Part shown: positions 42,439 to 48,146 of the stretch, piece by piece | How positions within the stretch are numbered: the first letter of the stretch is position 1 | Layout of the letters: the number at the start of each line of letters is the position of its first letter | Source of the DNA: an uncultured Anaerolineales bacterium | GTDB lineage: Bacteria > Chloroflexota > Anaerolineae > 4572-78 > NAK82 | DNA length: 48,146 nt | Assembly (NCBI GenBank): GCA_964529945.1 | Contig: CAZHBM010000001.1 | Span: 1-48,146 of the forward strand | Direction of reading: 5' to 3' | Notes under the pieces: model-generated | Told to the model about the DNA's origin: nothing | The model's database searches: none | What the model saw: the letters and a program-made list of their open reading frames with translations, nothing else | Position numbers and translations under genes: made by a program

Positions 42439-44762
42439 ACCGCACCCTCCGCCCCCTGGTCGTCATTCTGATCGGTCTAGGTTTGCTGGTCGCGCCCTAT
42501 CTCGTCAGCCTGGGATTGGCCCATCCGGCAGCCAGCACTTACCAGCCGCCGCAAGCCGACCTGCCGGACCTGGCGGTCACGGCAATCCCAACCACGGCGC
42601 CGGCACCTGTGACGCCCGAGGCGTCGTCGGCTCAGTTCGGCCCCGGCAGCGTCGTGGTCGACCTGGCCCACTTCTCGGACGTCGGGCCGACCCGTTTTCA
42701 GCCCCTGGCCGGCTATCTGGCAGCCTATGGCGTCGATTTAGACTTCTGGATGAACGAAGAGGACGCTGCAAACATCGACTTTTCTACCATGGCGGACCTG
42801 CCCGACCAGTCTCAGAAGCTGGCCGAGTTGTTGCAGGACGCCGCCGGTCTGGTGGTGATCAATCCGGCCTTTTGGTGGACCGCCGACGAAATTGAGGTCG
42901 CCCAGGAGTTTGTGGCCGATGGCGGGCGGCTGGTCATCATCAACGACCCGGATATTGCCGAACCGCCCGAGTTCTTCTACCCCGACATGAACAGCCTGAG
43001 CGAGCCCTTCGGCATCGTGTTCAACAACGATTACCTGTTCAACCTGACCCATAACGATCTCAATTTCACCCACGTCTACCAGGCCGACTTCACCGGCCAG
43101 GCCGCCGGGCTGGCCGGCAGTACCATCGTTTTCTACGGAACGCGCAGCATCAGCGGCCCGGCAGTGCCCCAGGTGCTCACCGGCGACGAAACGTTGAGCA
43201 GCCTGCGGACCGGACTGACCGGATTCACGACGGCGGCTATCGGCGGCTTGTCGCCCGATGGGACCGGCGGCAACGTGCTGGCCCTGGGCGATTTCGACGT
43301 GCTGACCGAGCCTTACGTCAATCGTTATGACAACCAAAAAATGGCCAATTTTGTCGCCCAGTTCCTGGCCGGCAGCCGGCGCGTGGACACGCTGACCGAC
43401 TTTCCGGCCTATCTGGGGCAGGACGTGGCCCTGGTGTTTGGCCCCGACGGCCCGCTGGACGCAACGTTGTTGCAGGCCAGCAGCACCTTGCAGGAGTTGT
43501 TGCTCCGCAGCGGCCGGACGATGTCGCTGGCTGCACCCGACACGACCGTCCTGTCGACGACAACCACCCTCGCCGGTGAGGGAACGGCGGACGTGATCTA
43601 TGCCGCCTCCTACGCGACGGCCGCCCGTGATACACTTCTGCTTCAAAACGCAGGGATACGCCTGGTCACGCCGGCCGAAGAAGACGTGTCACCGGTTGGA
43701 CCGGCCGGCAGCGGCACCGAGTTGTTACCCGGGGACGTCATGACCGCGACCGGTCAAATCGACGAGACCGGCCCGGCTTCGGCCGCATTATCGGCCACCG
43801 AGGAGACGACCGGCACGGCGGTGCTGGAGACCAGTTTCGGCCCCAGCTTCAACCCCCAGGAGATCACGCTCTTCCTGCGCCAGCAACTCGACTCCGGGAC
43901 GAACGTGACCGCCGTCCTGGTCGGCGACGATGATCAGCACGCCACGCTGCGCGCCGGCCTCGACCGGCTGCAAAACGCCGATTTCGGCGACTGCCTGACC
44001 TTCCCCGACCTGGTCATCTGCCCGGCTGCCGAGAAACAGTCGGGCGCCGAGGAGGGAGCAGAACAGCCGGGCGATAGCGGCCTGCCGTCCCTGCCCGAAT
44101 CGACCGAGCCGCTGCCCCTGCCGGACGTTACCAGCGACACCCTGTTGATCGATGATGACCAATACGCTAGCGGCGACGAGTTGAGCGAGGCCGACATCTA
44201 CCTGACCGCCATGCTTGATTACGGCTACTATCCCGACACGTGGTCTACCGCCCTCAACGGCCTGCCGCAACTGGAGGACCTATCCGCTTATCGCTGGGTC
44301 ATCTGGAGCGCCGGCGAGTACGCGGACAACAGTCTGGGCTACGACGAGCTGGACATGCTCATGAGCTACCTGCAAGACGGCGGTATCGTGACTCTCAGCG
44401 GCCGGCGACTTTCACCTGACCTGGAACAAGGCACGGCCACGGAGCTTCGCGACGTGGTCATCACCGACGCGCTGCCGGACCTGGTTACCGACCTGCCGGA
44501 TACGCCGGTCGACCTGGAGGAAGGTCTGCCGGCTGTGGTACCCCTCGGGGAGTCCATCGGTGAGGCGGAAGTGACCGTATTGCGCCGGGGGGCCAACAGC
44601 GAAGATGCCGATTCTCCGGTGATGAAGGTCATCGCCGACAGCGGCTCACCGAGCCGCGGCCAGCCCCAGGTTATCGCCATCGCCATGTCACTCACCTGGC
44701 TGCCGGCCGACTACGCCAACCAGTTGATCGGCAATATGGCTCTGTGGACCAGTGCCGAATAG
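42435..44762 (+). CDS. Hypothetical acidic exported or membrane-anchored protein (775 aa), translationally coupled to sppA
   Basis: The ATG overlaps the sppA stop (ATGA). The N-terminal TM is LRPLVVILIGLGLLVAPYLVSLGL. The two terminal domains look like flavodoxin or GATase1-like folds (VVINPAFWWTADEIEVAQEFVADGGRLVII and YRWVIWSAGEY...YLQDGGIVTLSG). I did not recognise a named family with confidence. Confidence 0.6.
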   Translation: MNRTLRPLVVILIGLGLLVAPYLVSLGLAHPAASTYQPPQADLPDLAVTAIPTTAPAPVTPEASSAQFGPGSVVVDLAHFSDVGPTRFQPLAGYLAAYGVDLDFWMNEEDAANIDFSTMADLPDQSQKLAELLQDAAGLVVINPAFWWTADEIEVAQEFVADGGRLVIINDPDIAEPPEFFYPDMNSLSEPFGIVFNNDYLFNLTHNDLNFTHVYQADFTGQAAGLAGSTIVFYGTRSISGPAVPQVLTGDETLSSLRTGLTGFTTAAIGGLSPDGTGGNVLALGDFDVLTEPYVNRYDNQKMANFVAQFLAGSRRVDTLTDFPAYLGQDVALVFGPDGPLDATLLQASSTLQELLLRSGRTMSLAAPDTTVLSTTTTLAGEGTADVIYAASYATAARDTLLLQNAGIRLVTPAEEDVSPVGPAGSGTELLPGDVMTATGQIDETGPASAALSATEETTGTAVLETSFGPSFNPQEITLFLRQQLDSGTNVTAVLVGDDDQHATLRAGLDRLQNADFGDCLTFPDLVICPAAEKQSGAEEGAEQPGDSGLPSLPESTEPLPLPDVTSDTLLIDDDQYASGDELSEADIYLTAMLDYGYYPDTWSTALNGLPQLEDLSAYRWVIWSAGEYADNSLGYDELDMLMSYLQDGGIVTLSGRRLSPDLEQGTATELRDVVITDALPDLVTDLPDTPVDLEEGLPAVVPLGESIGEAEVTVLRRGANSEDADSPVMKVIADSGSPSRGQPQVIAIAMSLTWLPADYANQLIGNMALWTSAE

Positions 44763-44764
44763 TG

Positions 44765-44797
44765 CCCGGCACGGCCGGGTATGTGCCGACTTTTTTT
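44765..44797 (+). terminator. Intrinsic terminator after the 775-aa gene. Its 3' half and T-run are also the start of repeat copy C.
   Basis: The sequence is gCCCGGCACggccgggtatGTGCCGacTTTTTTT. The stem pairs CGGCAC (44767-44772) with GTGCCG (44783-44788). An alternative CCCGG/CCGGG pairing is possible. The T7 run is at 44791-44797. Confidence 0.6.
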
Positions 44798-44973
44798 GTT
44801 GGAGAAATAGGATCGAACCAAAGTCTGGCTGCAAAGTAAGTTCGTGAGAGATCACTCACATGTAGAATTCTTTATTTCTTGTGGATGGAAGACCTTCCAC
44901 CCACAAGAAATAACAAAGAGGAAAAATCGACCGCCGACCGGCGTGCTCCTCTACCGAGAAAATGGGACGCACC
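44783..44973 (+). repeat. Intergenic repeat family, copy C (5' extension, 20-bp palindrome and core, oriented toward the 91-aa ORF)
   Basis: The palindrome at 44872-44913 is TTATTTCTTGTGGaTGGAAGacCTTCCAcCCACAAGAAATAA. The core reads ...acaaagaggaaaaatCGaCCGCCGACcggcgtGCtcctctaCCgAGAAaATGGGACgcACC. Confidence 0.85.
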
Positions 44974-45038
44974 CGGTGCGGCGTCAGCGAGCGACGAATT
45001 GTGTTGGGTTTTTGGCGTGAAGCCAGCAAGGAGCGGAT

Positions 45039-45314
45039 ATGAAACGATCTTGGATTCACACGCACACGCAAGCCGGCCAACCGGTGTCATCGGGGGAAAC
45101 GCACGTGATGCCTGTTGCCCGCTCGGTTCGCTTGCAGCCCCCGGGATGGCAAGCCGGCTTAATCTGGAATCGCCCTCTGGCAGTCGTGGTGCGCACGGCC
45201 GACGGTCGGGTGAATGCCATTCCCGTCCACGACGTGACACGCCGGCGCCAATTGCTTTGGTTTGTCGTGGGTCTGTTGGGGTCCATAATAATATGGTGGG
45301 TCTTTCGCAAGTAA
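45039..45314 (+). CDS. Hypothetical small membrane-anchored protein that resembles the C-terminal half of the neighbouring GerW/YtfJ-like protein
   Basis: 91 aa, with AAGGAG 5 nt upstream of the ATG. The motif NRPLAVVVRTADGRVNAIPVHDVT plus a C-terminal TM (LLWFVVGLLGSIIIWWVF) parallels SRPVAVIVVSPEGVYVEPVFDRT plus TM in the next ORF. Confidence 0.5.
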   Translation: MKRSWIHTHTQAGQPVSSGETHVMPVARSVRLQPPGWQAGLIWNRPLAVVVRTADGRVNAIPVHDVTRRRQLLWFVVGLLGSIIIWWVFRK

Positions 45315-45350
45315 CTCAGGCTGCATTGTTTACTTAGAGGGAGGTACGCT

Positions 45351-45806
45351 ATGACAGACGGAAAGGATTTCGAGATGGAAGATGAGATGACTCCGGAAAT
45401 GGACATGTTGCAGGCGATGGATATCGTCCCCGAGACGATGGCCAGCTTCTTCGATACCGCCAGCGTGGAGGCGGTTTTCGGAGAGCCGATCGAAAAGGAC
45501 CAGCTTACCCTCATCCCCACGGCCGAAGTGTTGGTCACTATGGGCTTTGGCACCGGTTTCGGCAGTGGCGATGGAGACAAGGACGAAAAAGGTGGCGGCG
45601 GTGGCGGCGGTGGCGGTGGCGGCGGCAAGACCCTGTCGCGGCCGGTGGCAGTCATCGTCGTGTCGCCCGAAGGCGTTTACGTCGAACCGGTCTTTGACCG
45701 AACCAAAGTAGCTATCGCTGCCATCACCGCCATTGGCTTCATGGCGGCCACCTTGTTCGGTATCCTAAGTCCCAAGAAGGCGATGAAACAACTCAAGGGC
45801 GAGTGA
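45351..45806 (+). CDS. GerW/YtfJ-family protein (Spore_YtfJ-like) with a 12-residue poly-Gly loop and a C-terminal TM
   Basis: 151 aa reading VEAVFGEPIEKDQLTLIPTAEVLVTMGFGTGFGSG...GGGGGGGGGGGG..SRPVAVIVVSPEGVYVEPV, the pattern of the YtfJ/GerW family. GGAGG lies upstream of the ATG. Confidence 0.7.
   Translation: MTDGKDFEMEDEMTPEMDMLQAMDIVPETMASFFDTASVEAVFGEPIEKDQLTLIPTAEVLVTMGFGTGFGSGDGDKDEKGGGGGGGGGGGGKTLSRPVAVIVVSPEGVYVEPVFDRTKVAIAAITAIGFMAATLFGILSPKKAMKQLKGE
45591..45626 (+). repeat. In-frame (GGY)12 glycine-codon microsatellite inside the GerW-like gene
   Basis: The sequence is ggtggcggcggtggcggcggtggcggtggcggcggc. It is codon-aligned with the ORF that starts at 45351. Confidence 0.9.
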
Positions 45807-48088
45807 CTAGAAGATTGACCGACGTTCTTCCCAGACGCCACGGCCTGACTCTGGCGCTCTTCCTGTTTTTGTTGGCAGTCTATTTGACTACCTACAGCCC
45901 GCGTTTCCATTCGTCAGACGGCCTGGCAATGTTCTCGGCGGCGGAAAGTCTGGCCCGGCGGGGTGATTGGGGTATCGATCAGATCCAATGGATGGGTCTG
46001 CAGCAGGGCACCTACGGTCTGGATGGGCATCTTTATTCGCGCAAAGGGCCGGGAATGTCGCTGCTGATGCTCCCCCTCACCTGGCTGGGCCTGACGATTC
46101 CCGGCTGGGGGGCGGCCTCGACAACCCTCTTGTTCAACAGCCTGATCACCGCCGCCACAGCCGTTGGCCTGTTTTGGCTCCTGCGCCGGCTCGATTTCGG
46201 CGACAACATCAGCCTGATCGCTGCGCTTTGTTTCGGATTGGCGACCCTGGCCTGGCCTTACGCCAAGACTGCCTTCAGCGACCCCCTGGCCGGTTTATGT
46301 CTACTTGTAACCTTGCTGGTCCTGCTCCGTTTTCGCCACACCGGCGCCGCCCGTTTCGCCTTTCTGGCCGGCGCGGCACTGGCGGTCTCCGTTGCCACGC
46401 GCTACGCCAACGCGCTTCTGATTCTGCCGTTCGCGGCTCTTTTCCTGGTTTACGCCTGGTCCCTTTTCGCCGTCGCGCCCCAACCGGGGGCCGGGACACC
46501 CTGGCGACGCTTGCTGAATTCACGGCGTGGTTTCTGGCCGGCGGTCCTCGCCTTTGGCCTGCCGCTCATTCTGGCCGCCATCCTGCTGGCCTGGTACAAC
46601 TTCAGCCGCTACGGCAACCCGCTCAGTACCGGCTACCTGGCGGAGGAGAGTTTCTCCGGCAACTGGTGGCAGGGTATTGTCGGGATGCTTTTCAGCCCCG
46701 GAAGGGGCCTGTTTCTTTACGCCCCCATCCTGCTCGTGGCCCTGCCGAGTTTTCCGGCCGCCCTGCGGCGCTTTCCGGCCGAGGCCGGCCTGGCCCTGGC
46801 GGTAATTGTTTTCCACCTGCTGCTGTACGGCAAATGGTTCATGTGGCACGGCGGCTACGCCTGGGGGCCGAGATTTATCGTGCCGGCCATCCCCTTCTTC
46901 GTGCTGCTGATGGCGCCCGGCCTGAAATGGCTCCTGGTCGGCCGCCGCCGCTATTTGTTGGTCGGGCTATTTGCCCTGAGCCTGGTGCCGCAACTGCTGG
47001 GCCTGAGCGTGCACTTCGAGCTTTTCCAAAACTCGCTGCTGGACACCGGGCTGCCGTTGTTCGCACCACAGACCTTTTTCTTACCGCAGTATTCGCCGCT
47101 GGCCGGCCAGTGGGCTTACCTGCAGGTGACCAACCTAGATTTTGCCTGGATAAACAACGGCCGGGTTGACTGGCTCATGCTGGCTTGCCTGCTGGCAGCC
47201 GTGGCCGTCTCGGCCGCCGTGCTGGCCTATGCGGCCCACGCCGGCGGGACGCGCAAGGGCCGCGCCGTTGCCTGCGCGCTCGACCTGGCCCTTTTGCTGC
47301 TGGCCGGCGCGGTCTTGCTTTCCCGCACCACCCACGCCTATCCGGCCGACCTGCAGCAGGTCACCCGAACCCTCAACGCCAGCAGCACCCGCCAAGACGC
47401 GATCGTTACCGGCTCGCCGGCCGAGGCCGTTGACTTCGCCGACCTGTACCGCGGCGGCGCTTACGTGCTGGGCCTCAACGCCGGCTCTCTGTCGGCCGAC
47501 TCACGCTCCGAGGCGGCCCTGCAGACCGCCATCGACCGCTACGCCCGAATCTGGTGGCTGACGCCCTGGGTGTCGCACAACCTGACCGACATCGAGACAC
47601 AACTTTCCGCCGGCGGCTACAGGGTCAGCGACCAGTTCTTCCCCCGCCAGGCCGGCAGCGACCAGGGTCGCCGCCTGGTGCTGTTCTACTTCCCCAAGCG
47701 CCCGATGACGGCTAGCGACCTGGCCGCCACTTTCGGCGATCGGGTGCGCCTCGAGTCTCTCGAAATGCAGGCCGGTCCCTATGACGCCGGAGACGTCGTG
47801 GCATTGACCCTGATCTGGCAGGCGGTCGCCCCTGTTCCCTACGACACCCGCACTTTCGTCCAGTTGATCGACGCCGGCGGAAATCGGGTGGCGGGCTCCG
47901 ACCAACAGCCTTCGCTGGAACCGGATGGCCAATTGGTCGAGGATCGTCACGCCTTCCAGATTCCCGCCGGCCTGCCGGCCGGGGACTACCGCCTGATCGC
48001 CGGCCTGTACCAGGCCGCTGACGGAGTCAGACTCTTGCAGGCGGACGGCTCAGATTACGCCACTCTAGCTATCATCCAGATAGATTGA
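45803..48088 (+). CDS. Polytopic GT-C-like membrane glycosyltransferase (ArnT/PMT-like, putative) with a C-terminal soluble region
   Basis: 761 aa. The GTG start overlaps the upstream stop (GTGA). There are more than 10 TM helices, and the first loop, SPRFHSSDGLAMFSAAESL, contains an acidic residue. The C-terminal region resembles that of the 13957-15789 product. The family assignment is by architecture. Confidence 0.6.
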   Translation: MTRRLTDVLPRRHGLTLALFLFLLAVYLTTYSPRFHSSDGLAMFSAAESLARRGDWGIDQIQWMGLQQGTYGLDGHLYSRKGPGMSLLMLPLTWLGLTIPGWGAASTTLLFNSLITAATAVGLFWLLRRLDFGDNISLIAALCFGLATLAWPYAKTAFSDPLAGLCLLVTLLVLLRFRHTGAARFAFLAGAALAVSVATRYANALLILPFAALFLVYAWSLFAVAPQPGAGTPWRRLLNSRRGFWPAVLAFGLPLILAAILLAWYNFSRYGNPLSTGYLAEESFSGNWWQGIVGMLFSPGRGLFLYAPILLVALPSFPAALRRFPAEAGLALAVIVFHLLLYGKWFMWHGGYAWGPRFIVPAIPFFVLLMAPGLKWLLVGRRRYLLVGLFALSLVPQLLGLSVHFELFQNSLLDTGLPLFAPQTFFLPQYSPLAGQWAYLQVTNLDFAWINNGRVDWLMLACLLAAVAVSAAVLAYAAHAGGTRKGRAVACALDLALLLLAGAVLLSRTTHAYPADLQQVTRTLNASSTRQDAIVTGSPAEAVDFADLYRGGAYVLGLNAGSLSADSRSEAALQTAIDRYARIWWLTPWVSHNLTDIETQLSAGGYRVSDQFFPRQAGSDQGRRLVLFYFPKRPMTASDLAATFGDRVRLESLEMQAGPYDAGDVVALTLIWQAVAPVPYDTRTFVQLIDAGGNRVAGSDQQPSLEPDGQLVEDRHAFQIPAGLPAGDYRLIAGLYQAADGVRLLQADGSDYATLAIIQID

Positions 48089-48146
48089 CCCCGGCGCGGC
48101 ACCCTGCCGGACCGCTGTAGGGATACGCGACCCGCCGGGCGCACGC

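Noticed and set aside
44962-44990. The GGGAC word plus a downstream CGTC as an ECF-sigma promoter (GGAAC-N16-CGTC type).
   Set aside because: Only copy C has a CGTC, and it lies 13 nt away, which is the wrong spacing. Copies A, B and D have no CGTC at a consistent distance and instead carry sigma70-like -35/-10 pairs.
45056-45655. A 199-aa minus-strand ORF with an 11-residue poly-Pro run.
   Set aside because: It is the antisense reading of the (GGY)12 glycine tract and of the two plus-strand ORFs. It has no SD and no other features.
1-48146. tRNA, rRNA, CRISPR arrays, IS elements or transposases, integrases, and prophage genes.
   Set aside because: I scanned every intergenic region longer than 50 nt and found no tRNA-like T-arm or acceptor pattern, no regularly spaced direct repeats and no transposase- or integrase-like ORF. 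The only repeats are the intergenic module family and the Gly-codon tract reported above.

Overview
This is a 48.1 kb high-GC (about 60% by eye), gene-dense chromosomal window. I call about 41 protein genes, most of them housekeeping. Gene content is compatible with a Chloroflexota-like lineage, but I cannot verify taxonomy without a database search. From left to right the genes are:
- A minus-strand cell-shape and division operon: mrdA (PBP2), minC, minD, minE and rodA (truncated at the window edge).
- A class IV aminotransferase and a PaaI-type thioesterase.
- A long minus-strand run: ftsY, prfB (with the classical +1 frameshift that the ORF track splits), araB, korA, korB and queG.
- A GT-C-like membrane glycosyltransferase, an NAD-dependent sugar epimerase, mevalonate kinase, fhs and fchA.
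- A plus-strand run: hsp20, lon, a PHP/AlbA_2 fusion protein, mogA, a stand-alone LON N-domain protein, pgpH and an FHA protein.
- A minus-strand operon: two paralogous Ig/SH3b surface proteins (one FHA-anchored), ybeY, dgkA and comEA.
- rlmN, a HAD-IIA phosphatase and two small membrane proteins.
- A large pseudo-receiver/GAF/PAS/HisKA_2 kinase.
- sppA plus a coupled 775-aa exported protein.
- A GerW/YtfJ-like pair and a second GT-C-like glycosyltransferase.

I found no rRNA, tRNA, CRISPR array, transposase or integrase, and no recognisable defence-system gene set.

The most unusual signal is not a gene. It is a family of at least five (possibly six) conserved intergenic modules of about 85-95 nt, all between 20.6 and 45.0 kb. 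The shared core reads GGAAG-NN-CTTCCACCCACAAGAAA ... CCGGCCGCCGACTC ... GCCA.C..CCAAGAAAATGGGAC..ACC. Every copy points toward the downstream gene. Most sit 16-25 nt upstream of a good TTGCNC-N17/18-TAnnAT promoter. In divergent intergenic regions they occur back to back, and some carry a long palindrome. Two copies share a further roughly 90 nt 5' extension that includes a terminator-like hairpin and T-run. I cannot assign these modules to any family I know.

Secondary points are listed as findings: the PHP-AlbA_2 fusion, a candidate fourU thermometer in the hsp20 leader, a wrong-way intrinsic terminator between fhs and mvk, an apparently leaderless mrdA, and the FHA/Ig/SH3b paralog pair coupled to ybeY. 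All start-codon refinements, promoters and structures were read by eye and are not computed.
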